From Acidimicrobiia bacterium (GTDB lineage Bacteria > Actinomycetota > Acidimicrobiia > Spongiisociales > SHLN01), in NCBI GenBank assembly GCA_041619515.1, contig JBFKDW010000026.1:1-34463 (forward strand): a stretch of 34,463 nucleotides of DNA. The letters are read 5' to 3'. Shown here in pieces: positions 25,755 through 34,463 of this stretch. How positions within the stretch are numbered: position 1 is the stretch's first letter; every line of letters starts with the position of its first letter. The position numbers and the translations under genes were made by a program. Under the pieces are notes generated by a model. It ran no database searches. It saw only the letters and a list, made by a program, of their open reading frames with translations, and had not been told where the DNA came from.

Positions 25755-26864
25755 CTAGCGCTTGAGGTACTCCGCCAGGTCGTCGGCAGTGGGGTCGCCT
25801 CCTTCGATGAACTCGTCGATGAGCCCGGGGGCGATGTCATCCCGGTACTGGATCGGCGGGCTCTTCATCAGGTAGGCAGACGGAGCGAGCACCGGACCTC
25901 CGAGCTTGCGGTCGAGCGCCAGCTTGGCGAAGCGAACGGCGTCGATGACCACGCCGGCCGAATTGGGGGAGTCCCACACTTCGAGCTTCAGCTCGGCGTT
26001 GAGGGGAACGTCGCCGAAGGCGCGACCCTCGATCCGGATGTAGGCCCATTTGCGATCGGTGAGCCAGGCGACGTGGTCGGACGGACCGATGTGCACATCG
26101 TCGGGATTCAGGGTCCGCTCGATCTGTGACGTGACCGCCTGGGTCTTGGAGACCTTCTTGGACTCGAGGCGAGAGCGCTCGAGCATGTTCTTGAAGTCCA
26201 TGTTGCCGCCGACGTTGAGCTGGCTGGTGTGCTCGACGACCACGCCGCGCTTTTCGAACAGGGTGGCCAACTGGCGATGGACGATGGTGGCGCCGACCTG
26301 GGACTTGATGTCGTCGCCGATGATGGGAAGCCCGGCCTCCCAGAAACGACGGGCCCACGCCGGATCCGAAGCGATGAACACCGGGATGGCGTTGACAAAC
26401 CCGACGCCCGCCTCCAGGGCGCACTCCGCGTAGAAACGGGTGGCTTCCTCCGAGCCGACCGGCAGGTAGCTCACGAGCACGTCGGCATTGGAGTCCCGGA
26501 GCGCTTCAACCACATCGACCGGGTCCGAGGTCGATTCGTCCACCATCTCGCGGTAGTAGATGCCGAGACCATCGAGGGTGGGCCCCCGCATGACCTCCAC
26601 CCCGAGCTCACCGACGTCGGCGAATCGGATGGTGTTGTTGTGGCCGGCCCATATGGCCTTGCTCAGGTCCTGGCCGACCTTGGTGGCGTCCACATCGAAT
26701 GCAGCCACGAACTCGATATCGCCCACGTGGTAGGCGCCGAGCTCGACGTGCATGAGCCCCGGCACAACCTGGCCGGGATCTGCATCCCTGTAATACTCAA
26801 CGCCCTGGATCAAAGAGTTGGCGCAGTTGCCGACTCCCGCGATCGCTACGCGTACTCTGCTCAT
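25755..26864 (-). CDS. ino1: Myo-inositol-1-phosphate synthase
   Basis: [44 protein letters not shown]. Confidence 0.97.
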   Translation of the reverse strand: MSRVRVAIAGVGNCANSLIQGVEYYRDADPGQVVPGLMHVELGAYHVGDIEFVAAFDVDATKVGQDLSKAIWAGHNNTIRFADVGELGVEVMRGPTLDGLGIYYREMVDESTSDPVDVVEALRDSNADVLVSYLPVGSEEATRFYAECALEAGVGFVNAIPVFIASDPAWARRFWEAGLPIIGDDIKSQVGATIVHRQLATLFEKRGVVVEHTSQLNVGGNMDFKNMLERSRLESKKVSKTQAVTSQIERTLNPDDVHIGPSDHVAWLTDRKWAYIRIEGRAFGDVPLNAELKLEVWDSPNSAGVVIDAVRFAKLALDRKLGGPVLAPSAYLMKSPPIQYRDDIAPGLIDEFIEGGDPTADDLAEYLKR

Positions 26865-26866
26865 TC

Positions 26867-27454
26867 CTATTCCCTTCCTTGCTCAAATCTCGTGGATCCG
26901 GATGCTGTGTCCCGTTTCCGGCGCGTCTTGCGGCTGGGACGGGCGGCCCGCTCGTTCTCGATGAGCTCGTCCAGCCAGGCGATGTCGGCTTCGGTGCTGC
27001 TCATGCTCCTGTTCATGAGCGCCAGCGTGTAGGCGTCCATGCGCCGCTTGGTGCGGTTGGCGGAGTCTTTCATCGACTTGCGCGACTCAGCGAGCCGGGC
27101 AGTGAGGTAGGCCCGGCGTCGCTCCAGAACCCCGATCCGGGAGTCCGAGTCGAGAAAACGGAAGAACGAGAGCTTGAGCGTGAAGGCGCGATCCTCCTCG
27201 GCGGCTCCCGGAGTCTCCAGAAGCTCCTGGAAATAGGCCTTTCCCTCGGGAGTGAGCTGGTACACCTTGCGGCGGGCACCGCCGTCGGTGCTCACGCTCA
27301 CAAAACCCTGCTTCTCGAGGCGGCGCAGCGCCGGGTACAGCGAACCAAACGAAACCGTCCAGAATCCGTGCTCGGAATCGGCCAGCACCCGCTTGAGCTG
27401 GTAGCCGTGCAGGGGGCCGTCGGTGAGGATCCCGAGAATTGCGAAGTCGAGCAT
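26867..27454 (-). CDS. PadR family regulator directly upstream of ino1
   Basis: Start MLDFAILG (ATG at 27454); [28 protein letters not shown]; 2-bp gap to ino1, an arrangement known from actinobacteria. Confidence 0.92.
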   Translation of the reverse strand: MLDFAILGILTDGPLHGYQLKRVLADSEHGFWTVSFGSLYPALRRLEKQGFVSVSTDGGARRKVYQLTPEGKAYFQELLETPGAAEEDRAFTLKLSFFRFLDSDSRIGVLERRRAYLTARLAESRKSMKDSANRTKRRMDAYTLALMNRSMSSTEADIAWLDELIENERAARPSRKTRRKRDTASGSTRFEQGRE

Positions 27455-27486
27455 GAATGGTCCTGGTCGGATATCCACAGGATAGT

Positions 27487-27517
27487 GGATCGATATAACG
27501 AAACGATATATTGATCC
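27487..27517. promoter_or_regulatory. Inverted repeat, probable PadR operator
   Basis: GGATCGATATAACG-AAA-CGATATATTGATCC: 14-bp arms with two mismatches, AT-rich, overlapping a candidate minus-strand TTGACT-N17-CAATAT promoter. Confidence 0.7.
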
Positions 27518-27618
27518 GTTATAGCGGGAAAGTCAAGTGGTTGGCGACAAAAGGGCCCAAACCGGTGATTCAAGACCGGTGTCGGGGTGGCCGATACAGC
27601 TTGGCATGAGGTTGGTCC

Positions 27619-29661
27619 ATGACTGACGCCATGGCGCGTCACGACGTTGACGATTTGGCCGCGCTCATGCGGTTCCACCAGCGCATCAGCGGCCGGTTGC
27701 ACACCGACGAGCCGGTCGAGCTGCTGCGGCACGTCGCCGAAGGCGTCGAGCAGGTCCTCCCCGCCGACCGGGTGATCGTCGTCATCCTCAACCCCGAGAC
27801 CGGAGAAATCGTCGCCGGCGGCGGCGAGCAGGATGTCGACGAGTTCCTCAGCTACGACGAGGTCATGGGAGGCGTCACCGGTCGAGTGGTTTCGTCGGGC
27901 GAAACCGTCTTCGCCGAGCCGGCCGACCTGAACGCGGCCGAGCCCGGTGCGGTGGGCAGGCTCATCGGAGGGGCCGAGAGCGCCCTGGCGACACCCCTCC
28001 GCTTTCACGAGAAGCTGGTCGGCACCGTGGTGGCTGCCCGGCTGAACGGCAGCTTCGATGTTGGTGACGCCCGCATACTCGAGGCCATGGCGAGTGAGGC
28101 GGGGATGGTCATCGGGTATTCGATGCGACTCCAATCCGAGCAGCGGCAGCGTCGCCTGGCCGACACCCTGCGCAACGTCACGGCTGCGATGACCAGCACG
28201 CTCGATCTGCGCGGCGTCCTTGCAGGGGTGCTCGAGGGCCTCGACCAGGTCCTGCCGTCGGACACCGCCACGCTCATGCTGCGAATCGACGATTCGATGC
28301 GGGTCATGGCCAGCCGGGGATTCGCCGACCCGGATGCCCTGAGGCGGTCGGCGATCTCCACAACCGACGACCCGATCATCGCCGAGCTGGTGGCGGGGGA
28401 GTCCCCGGTGATCGTGTCCGACGGTGACAGTCTCGCCGCCGGGGCCTATGTGGGCGAGTCGCCGATGCGCGGGTTCATCGGTGTGCCGCTGATGGCCCGC
28501 AATCGGGTGATCGGGTTGCTCACCGTTGCCAGCAAGGACGCCGGATACTCGCTCGAAGAAGCGGTGATCGTGGATGCATTCGGCGATCATGCCGCGGTTG
28601 CCATCCAGAACGCTCGCCTGTTCCAGCGGACCCAGGCCACCCTCGCCAAGACCGAGACGCTCTATCGGGTAGCCCAGAACCTCATCGAGGGCTCGTCGCT
28701 CGACCAAACGCTGCAGTCGGTGGTCGACGGCGTCGCCGACGCGCTTCCGGCCAAAGGGGTGTCGCTGATCACCATCAACCCGCGCGCCCGGAAACTGGTT
28801 CATTTCGTCAGGGGAGGGCCCGGCCGGGACCGGATTGTGGCCACGAGCTTCGAGGAGCTGTGGGACGGACTGGCCGGCTACGTGATGCGGGAACACGAGG
28901 CCATCATCTCCCCGGCCAACCGGCCGGACGAGCGAGAGGGACCGCACGCCAGGGCTCGGCGCGAGGCCACCGGGGCGGGGGCCGTGATGGTGGCGCCCCT
29001 CAGCTACGCCGGGAAGGCATTCGGTGTCCTGACCGCGCTCAATCATGCCGGGGGGCCCGAGTTCGGGCGTCACGACCTCATCCTGCTGGAAGCGATGGCT
29101 AACCAGGCATCGATCGCCATCGAAAACGCCCGCCTGTTCGAAGAGGTGCAACGCCTGGCGGTCACCGACGATCTGACGGGCCTCCACAACCGCCGCGGCT
29201 TCTTCGAGATCGCCCGCAGGGAGCTGGAGCGAGCACAGCGAACCGGCCGGCCCCTCAGCGCATTGATGCTCGACATCGACGGCTTCAAACGGGTCAACGA
29301 CACCTATGGACATGCCGTCGGGGACGACGTGCTCAGACACCTGGCGGAGCGCTGCCGCCGAGCGGTGCGCGACATCGACATCGTCGGACGCTACGGAGGC
29401 GAGGAGTTCGCGGTGGCGCTGCCGGAAACCGACCTCAAGTCCGCCGTGGAGGCGGCCGAGCGCATTCGCAGCGCGATCGGCGACACCCCATTCGACACTG
29501 AGGTCGGCCCGCTGGCGATCCGGGTCAGCATCGGTGTGGCGCTCCTCGCCGACCAGCCGGACCACACCGTCGAGCTCCTTCTCGACCGGGCCGACACGGC
29601 CATGTATCTCGTCAAGCAGGCCGGCGGTGACGGCGTCCGTTCTGCAGACGGCTTCGACTGA
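27619..29661 (+). CDS. Diguanylate cyclase with three GAF domains
   Basis: Three GAF-like segments (PL...GVL...AIENARL pattern); TDDLTGLHNRR, DIDGFKRVNDTYGH, RDID I-site, GRYGGEEF, AD-x-AMY. Confidence 0.93.
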   Translation: MTDAMARHDVDDLAALMRFHQRISGRLHTDEPVELLRHVAEGVEQVLPADRVIVVILNPETGEIVAGGGEQDVDEFLSYDEVMGGVTGRVVSSGETVFAEPADLNAAEPGAVGRLIGGAESALATPLRFHEKLVGTVVAARLNGSFDVGDARILEAMASEAGMVIGYSMRLQSEQRQRRLADTLRNVTAAMTSTLDLRGVLAGVLEGLDQVLPSDTATLMLRIDDSMRVMASRGFADPDALRRSAISTTDDPIIAELVAGESPVIVSDGDSLAAGAYVGESPMRGFIGVPLMARNRVIGLLTVASKDAGYSLEEAVIVDAFGDHAAVAIQNARLFQRTQATLAKTETLYRVAQNLIEGSSLDQTLQSVVDGVADALPAKGVSLITINPRARKLVHFVRGGPGRDRIVATSFEELWDGLAGYVMREHEAIISPANRPDEREGPHARARREATGAGAVMVAPLSYAGKAFGVLTALNHAGGPEFGRHDLILLEAMANQASIAIENARLFEEVQRLAVTDDLTGLHNRRGFFEIARRELERAQRTGRPLSALMLDIDGFKRVNDTYGHAVGDDVLRHLAERCRRAVRDIDIVGRYGGEEFAVALPETDLKSAVEAAERIRSAIGDTPFDTEVGPLAIRVSIGVALLADQPDHTVELLLDRADTAMYLVKQAGGDGVRSADGFD

Positions 29662-29693
29662 GCATCGCCCGCCACCACCCGTAGGCTGGCCCG

Positions 29694-30527
29694 ATGCTGC
29701 CGGATTTCGTAGTGATCGGCGCCATGAAGGCGGGCACGACTTCGCTGTTTCGATATCTCCGCACCCACCCCGGAGTGTTCATGCCGTGGCGCAAGGAGCT
29801 GGATTACTTCAGCAACGACGCCAACTGGAAGCGGGGATTGGCGTGGTACGAGCAGCAATTCGACGATGCCGCCCCCGGCCAGCGGATCGGCGAGGCATCG
29901 CCCAACTACTCCAAGCGTCACCTGTGGCCGGAAACCGCCGCCCGGCTGACCGGGGCGCTCCCCGGGGCCCGGATCATCTACCTGGTGCGTGACCCGATCG
30001 TGCGGCTGCAATCGATGTACCTGGACATGCTCTCCTACGGGGGAGAGAGCCGCTCCATCGGTGCCGCCGTCGCCTCCGACCCCGACTACATACTCACATC
30101 CAGCTACGGCATGCAGATCGAGCCGTACGTCGAGCGCCTCGGCCGTGACCGGGTGCTGGTAGAGACCTCCGAGCGGCTGCGAGCAGACCCGGCCGCCGTC
30201 ATGGGAAGGGTGTTTGGATTTCTCGAGCTGGACTGGGAGGCGGCCGCTGCCATCGATCCGATCGAGACCAACCTGAGCGAGTCCAAGCGGATCCCCACCC
30301 GACTGGGGCGCATGGTGCGGCGATGGCGCCCCGAGGCGGTCGACACGGCCACGCCTGCTCCGGGCCCCGCCGCCCGGCTGCTGACGCGACCCTCGGGGTA
30401 CGACGCGGCCCGCCTGTCGTCCCGGGCCCGCCGCCGGCTGCGTCGCCGGCTGGCACCGGACATGCGCCGCCTACAGGAGCTGACCGACGTCGACCTCTCG
30501 TACTGGACCGGCTGGGACGGTCAGTAG
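29694..30527 (+). CDS. PAPS-dependent sulfotransferase
   Basis: PDFVVIGAMKAGTTSL (5'-PSB), KE-x-DYF, GEASPNY, YLVRDP-x2-R-x2-S (3'-PB). Confidence 0.9.
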   Translation: MLPDFVVIGAMKAGTTSLFRYLRTHPGVFMPWRKELDYFSNDANWKRGLAWYEQQFDDAAPGQRIGEASPNYSKRHLWPETAARLTGALPGARIIYLVRDPIVRLQSMYLDMLSYGGESRSIGAAVASDPDYILTSSYGMQIEPYVERLGRDRVLVETSERLRADPAAVMGRVFGFLELDWEAAAAIDPIETNLSESKRIPTRLGRMVRRWRPEAVDTATPAPGPAARLLTRPSGYDAARLSSRARRRLRRRLAPDMRRLQELTDVDLSYWTGWDGQ

Positions 30528-30997
30528 CCGCCGGCCAGCTTGCGATGGTCCCAGCTCGCCACCGACTCGGCCTCGACGATCACACCCGTGTTCTTGGGGG
30601 CAAACCGTCCAAACGCTGCTTCCAGCGCCGCCCCCTCCAGGGGCACGACTTCGGTCCCGGCGAAGGCGTAGCGGCGGCTGAGAGCGCCGTACATCTGCAG
30701 CACGCGGTCGGGATCCTCGACGAGGGTGGCGCTTCCCTTGATCATGATCCCGCGCAGCTCTTCGTAGGTTTCGCCTGCTTCCAGCAGGACGGTGATCCTG
30801 GGGTTGCGGGCGAGATTGACGATCTTCTGTGATTTGCTGAACGATCGGAATGCCACCCGGCCCTCGTCCATGAAGTACCACATGGGGGCAGTGTGCGGCC
30901 AGCCGTCCTTCCCGATGGTGGTGACGATGAGCGTGTGGCCCTGCGACAGAAAGGCCTGCTGCTCGTCCGGGCTCATGGTGATGTCCTTGCGTGCCAT
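30521..30997 (-). CDS. Pyridoxamine 5'-phosphate oxidase-like (PPOX class, possibly F420-binding) protein
   Basis: TIGKDGWPH-x2-PMWY, SQKIVNL-x-RNPR, ELRG, SWDHRKL. Confidence 0.88.
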   Translation of the reverse strand: MARKDITMSPDEQQAFLSQGHTLIVTTIGKDGWPHTAPMWYFMDEGRVAFRSFSKSQKIVNLARNPRITVLLEAGETYEELRGIMIKGSATLVEDPDRVLQMYGALSRRYAFAGTEVVPLEGAALEAAFGRFAPKNTGVIVEAESVASWDHRKLAGGY

Positions 30998-31023
30998 GCT
31001 CCGAGATTATCGACGAGCCTCCA

Positions 31024-32385
31024 TCATTCGAAGCACACGAGCCCGCGACGGCCGTCCGAATAGACGAGGTCGATGCCGGTCCCGGCCCGGGGCGGGTAGC
31101 GCCCGACCGCACATGCGGTCGCCTCGATCCTGTCCACGAGAGGTGTGACCAGGACCCCGCGGTCCTGGAAGTGCCTGGCGTAGAGGCGGCAGGTCCACTC
31201 GTCGGTCCAGGCGCAGCGGATCTCGGCGAGGTCCTCGCCGGCGAGGACCTCGTCCAGCCGCGGGGTTTGGCCGATGAACGTGCCCTCGTAGGACACGATG
31301 CGGGAGCCGTCGGTGACCCCTCGATACAGGCTGAGCCCGAGGAGGCTGTTCCAGGCGAGCAGGCCGACCATCAGGAGCTTGACGACGGGGCGCTGCCAGA
31401 GCGTAGAGGCCCAGATGCCCGCCGGCACGAACAGTGAGGCAAACGCGGCATTGCGGAAGAAGGGAGTGGAGATGCTCGTGACGAGCGGCAGAGCCTCGGC
31501 GATGACGACGAAGGTTGCCGGAAACCCCAGCAGCAGCGCCGCCCACCGCGTCCGGCTGTCCTCGGTGCCGGCCCGGAGGCGGCGGCCGGCGTCGACGAGG
31601 GCCAACAGGCCGAGGCCGACCACGACAAGGGCGACCGGGTCGGGCAGGAAGAACAACTCACCGGTCAGGTCGCGGGCAAAGCGCCCAAACGGCAGTGTCT
31701 CGTTGATACCGCTCGTGCTCTCACCGAAGAGCTGGTCGAGCACGGGCAGATAGAGCAGCAAGGCAGTGGTTGCGAAGACGGCGGAATAGACGGCGGCGGC
31801 CCGCCACTGCCGGCGCAGCGCCCACATGAGCACCAGGACGGGGGCGCCGTATGCGAAGGTCGGCACGCTCCAGGCCGCCAGTGCCATCAGCAGCGCGGCG
31901 CCGGGAGCTGCCCGCGGCCCTGCGGGGTCCCGCGATCCGATGAACAGGGCGATCGCCGTCAGCAACGCCCCCAACTGGTACCCGCGGGCGACGGGAAAGA
32001 AGATGATCGACCAGGGACCGGCCAGCACCAGAGCCAGGGCCAGCGGCACACCGGTCCATCGCCTGCGGCGCTCGGTGGTGAGCACCACGAGCAGGCCGGT
32101 GGAGATCAGCAGGTTGGGGATGCGCAGGACCAGCGGCTCGGCGTCGACGAGAGAACGAGGAATGGCGGCCTGAATGAGTGTGAAGAAGATGTGGTTGTTG
32201 GGGTAGGTGTAGTTGTCGATCGAGAACCAAAACCCCCGGCTGCCGAAGAAGAGGTAGTTGAAACCCTCGTCGTAGTTGTGGGGCCAGTTGAGAGACATCT
32301 GCCAGACGGCGAGGAAACCTACGGCGGCGACCACGCTCAACCAGATTGCCTGCGTCCGGTTCGGCCGTGTCCGGCGCAACGTCAT
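31024..32385 (-). CDS. Polytopic membrane protein, GT-C (GT39/GT83-like) glycosyltransferase
   Basis: Start moved to MTLRRT (ATG at 32385). First TM followed by YDE, PNNH, LRIP, ARGY; multiple TMs and a C-terminal soluble domain. Confidence 0.72.
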   Translation of the reverse strand: MTLRRTRPNRTQAIWLSVVAAVGFLAVWQMSLNWPHNYDEGFNYLFFGSRGFWFSIDNYTYPNNHIFFTLIQAAIPRSLVDAEPLVLRIPNLLISTGLLVVLTTERRRRWTGVPLALALVLAGPWSIIFFPVARGYQLGALLTAIALFIGSRDPAGPRAAPGAALLMALAAWSVPTFAYGAPVLVLMWALRRQWRAAAVYSAVFATTALLLYLPVLDQLFGESTSGINETLPFGRFARDLTGELFFLPDPVALVVVGLGLLALVDAGRRLRAGTEDSRTRWAALLLGFPATFVVIAEALPLVTSISTPFFRNAAFASLFVPAGIWASTLWQRPVVKLLMVGLLAWNSLLGLSLYRGVTDGSRIVSYEGTFIGQTPRLDEVLAGEDLAEIRCAWTDEWTCRLYARHFQDRGVLVTPLVDRIEATACAVGRYPPRAGTGIDLVYSDGRRGLVCFE

Positions 32386-32423
32386 GGCCGCGACTCTACG
32401 TCCCTTCAATGGTGAAGCCGCGG

Positions 32424-32831
32424 CTAGGTCCGATAGCGGGCTGCGATGGCATCGGCGATGTAGCGGGCCAGCCCGGCGCCGGCCCTGTCGATCCTGTCTC
32501 GGAAGCGGTCGTCGTCCGCATACATCCGACCCAGCCCGGCGTGGATCTCGGGTGAGCAGTGGTAGAACCACTGCGATATGTGATTGCGGTGTCGATCGAC
32601 GACGGCCGCGGCCGCCGGGTCGGCCGGCTCGATCCCGCCCTGCATCAGCGCAAGGAAGGCAGCGTCGACCTCATCGGCCTGGCGGCGCATCCCCGCCCAA
32701 TCCTCAGCGGTATAGCGAGCGGTGCGGCGAGCCGACTCGCGATACTCCCTCGTACCTCCCCAGCGGGCCGCTGCTTCGCCGGCATGCTCGGAAGGGTCGA
32801 AATCACCGAATGGCTCGCGCGTGCCCGCCAT
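32424..32831 (-). CDS. Stand-alone TipAS antibiotic-recognition domain protein
   Basis: FGDFDP...RWG-x-T-x2-Y-x-ES, HR-x-HI-x2-WFY-x-C, GLG-x-MY-x2-DDRF, GLA-x-YI-x-DAI; GAGGA RBS; no MerR HTH upstream. Confidence 0.88.
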   Translation of the reverse strand: MAGTREPFGDFDPSEHAGEAAARWGGTREYRESARRTARYTAEDWAGMRRQADEVDAAFLALMQGGIEPADPAAAAVVDRHRNHISQWFYHCSPEIHAGLGRMYADDDRFRDRIDRAGAGLARYIADAIAARYRT

Positions 32832-32840
32832 GGATCCTCG

Positions 32841-33383
32841 CTAGACACTCGCACCGACGCCGGCCAGCCAGGCGGCGACCTGGCGGCGGGTCCGCAGGTG
32901 GACGAAATTCAGCCCGGCGTTCTCGGGAGCGTCGATAGCGGCCAGATAATCCCTCCGGTAGCGACGGTGCTGGGTCCAGGCCCAGAGGAGGATGTTCTCC
33001 TCCTTGTCCCGCTTCACGAAGTTGCGGAATCGTTCACGGTTCCCGTTCCACAGCTCTTCCTGCCGCCAGGCGCGTCGGGCGCTGCGCCCCAGCAGCGCCC
33101 GCATCGCCGTGTGCCGCGGCAGGTCCAGGAACACCACCGTGTCGGCCCGCTGCCAGATGATCGGCCCGGCGACCCGCTGGTAATTGCCGTCGGTCACCCA
33201 GCGGCTGCCGGCGGTGGCCTCGGTGACCCGGGCTATGAATTGGTCATCCGGCAGCGGCTCCCACCCCGGCTGGTGGAAGATGGCGTCGAGCTCGATGTGC
33301 CTCAGATCGAGGTGCTCCGCCAGGCGGCGGGCCAGGCTCGTCTTGCCGGAGCCGGGGCTCCCGACGATGGCGATCCGCTCCAT
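32841..33383 (-). CDS. P-loop kinase-like protein (adenylate kinase / AAA_17-like)
   Basis: Start MERIAIVGSPGSGKTSLA (ATG at 33383); ELDAIFH, WVTDGNY, ADTVVFLDLP. Confidence 0.87.
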   Translation of the reverse strand: MERIAIVGSPGSGKTSLARRLAEHLDLRHIELDAIFHQPGWEPLPDDQFIARVTEATAGSRWVTDGNYQRVAGPIIWQRADTVVFLDLPRHTAMRALLGRSARRAWRQEELWNGNRERFRNFVKRDKEENILLWAWTQHRRYRRDYLAAIDAPENAGLNFVHLRTRRQVAAWLAGVGASV

Positions 33384-33427
33384 GCGGAGATTATTGCCGA
33401 AAACGGGCGCATTCCCGGCTCGGGCCC

Positions 33428-33487
33428 GCAACATCGCCGTAACAGAACCGCCGCCAATCTGTAACAGGGCGGTTACGGCCGCGAAAT
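33428..33487 (+). promoter_or_regulatory. GlnR-box-like direct-repeat array upstream of amt
   Basis: GCAAC, GTAAC, (GCCGC), GTAAC, GTTAC and GAAAT start at 33428, 33439, 33450, 33461, 33472 and 33483, an exact 11-bp phase; -10 candidate TACCGT at 33498-33503. Confidence 0.75.
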
Positions 33488-33536
33488 GGGCGCCCCGTAC
33501 CGTGCTCTCCTGACAACCACGCAGGAGGAACCAACC

Positions 33537-34463
33537 ATGAAACGTCTGATGCTCGTCACCGTGCTGGCGGCGGTCGCCCTGGTGGGCCCGCTGGCGTTTG
33601 CAGCCAGCGCCCAAACCGACGTCGTCGATGTGGCAGCCGCTCTCGACGAGGTCTGGGTCGTCATTGCCGGCATGCTCGTCATGTTCATGCAGGCGGGCTT
33701 CGCCCTTGTCGAATCCGGCTTCACCAGGGCCAAGAACGCCGGCAACATCATCATGAAGAATTTCATGGATTTCTCCGTCGGTGCTCTCTCCTACTGGGCG
33801 CTTGGTTTTGCGCTCGCCTACGGAGGCTCCTCGGTCGGAGGGTTCTTCTCGACCGGCAACTGGTTCTTCTCGGACCAGGCGCGGGCCTCAGAGTGGTTCT
33901 TCCAAGCGGTGTTCGCAGCTACCGCCGCCACCATCATCTCCGGAGCCGTGGCCGAGCGGGTCAAGTTCACCGCCTACCTGCTGTACACCCCGTTCATCAC
34001 CGCCATCATCTACCCGATCGTGTCGCACTGGGTGTGGAACGGCGAGGGCTGGCTGGCGGAGCAGGGCTTCGTCGACTTCGCAGGCTCTGGCGTCGTCCAC
34101 CTCACCGGCGCGGTGGCGGCCCTGGCCGCGGTGCTGGTGGTCGGGCCCCGGCTCGGCAAATACGGACCAGATGGCCGAGCCCGCACCATCCCCGGGCACT
34201 CGCTGACGCTGGGCGCGCTCGGCGTGTTCATCCTCTGGTTCGGCTGGTACGGCTTCAACGGTGGATCGACGCTGGCCGCCGTCGGCGTCGATTTCGCCTC
34301 GGTGGTGGTTGCGACAACCCTCGCTCCCGCCGCCGGCGCCACCGCCGCCATGTTCGCCTCGTGGGCGGTGACGGGAAAGCCCGACGTCGGGCTCACGCTC
34401 AACGGAGCTCTCGGTGGGCTGGTCGGCATCACGGCCGGCGCCGCCGCCATCCCCTTCGGCGCC
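33537..34463 (+). CDS. amtB: Ammonium transporter (Amt family), 3' end outside the window
   Basis: Not in the ORF track because it has no stop in the window. AGGAGG RBS; manual translation gives a signal-like N-terminus, FMQAGFALVESGFTRAKN, SGAVAER, DFAGSGVVH, ILWFGWYGFNGGS. Confidence 0.95.
   Translation, partial: MKRLMLVTVLAAVALVGPLAFAASAQTDVVDVAAALDEVWVVIAGMLVMFMQAGFALVESGFTRAKNAGNIIMKNFMDFSVGALSYWALGFALAYGGSSVGGFFSTGNWFFSDQARASEWFFQAVFAATAATIISGAVAERVKFTAYLLYTPFITAIIYPIVSHWVWNGEGWLAEQGFVDFAGSGVVHLTGAVAALAAVLVVGPRLGKYGPDGRARTIPGHSLTLGALGVFILWFGWYGFNGGSTLAAVGVDFASVVVATTLAPAAGATAAMFASWAVTGKPDVGLTLNGALGGLVGITAGAAAIPFGA

Noticed and set aside
27298..29565. 755-aa - strand ORF, and similar long antisense or off-frame ORFs such as 4692..6197, 6227..7564 and 16227..17765
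   Set aside because: They overlap well-supported genes and lack family motifs; stop codons are scarce at this GC content.
1..34463. Mobile element, prophage, defence system or tRNA/rRNA gene
   Set aside because: No transposase, integrase, phage or defence motifs, no terminal repeats, no obvious composition shift and no cloverleaf-like sequence were recognised.

Overview
High-GC window that looks actinobacterial (ino1 with its PadR regulator, short endonuclease IV, PPOX-class protein, a GlnR-like box and many apparently leaderless starts; Acidimicrobiia-like is my inference). It holds about 30 ordinary chromosomal genes. I found no rRNA, tRNA, CRISPR array, transposase or integrase. Housekeeping content: cis-prenyltransferase (partial), SLC13/DASS permease, metY, lhgO, gabD, marR-pirin, EamA, pyrE-hyp-nfo, trkAH, hsp20, padR-ino1, GAF-GGDEF, sulfotransferase, PPOX, a GT-C-like protein and amt (partial). 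The most notable observations are: (1) a translationally coupled operon of a renalase-like oxidoreductase, an SRPBCC protein and a domain-inverted photolyase with a likely 4Fe-4S ligand set; (2) a stand-alone TipAS gene directly behind a P-loop kinase-like gene; (3) two tandem secreted paralogues built as 7-repeat propeller, Cys-Cys, Ca-binding repeats and a conserved GDWD C-terminal module; (4) a cis-prenyltransferase with DGHRR in place of DGNRR; (5) a secreted protein with a 15-bp DEPV(T/K) tandem repeat; (6) several readable operator candidates. All family calls come from motif recognition by eye; no database search was run.
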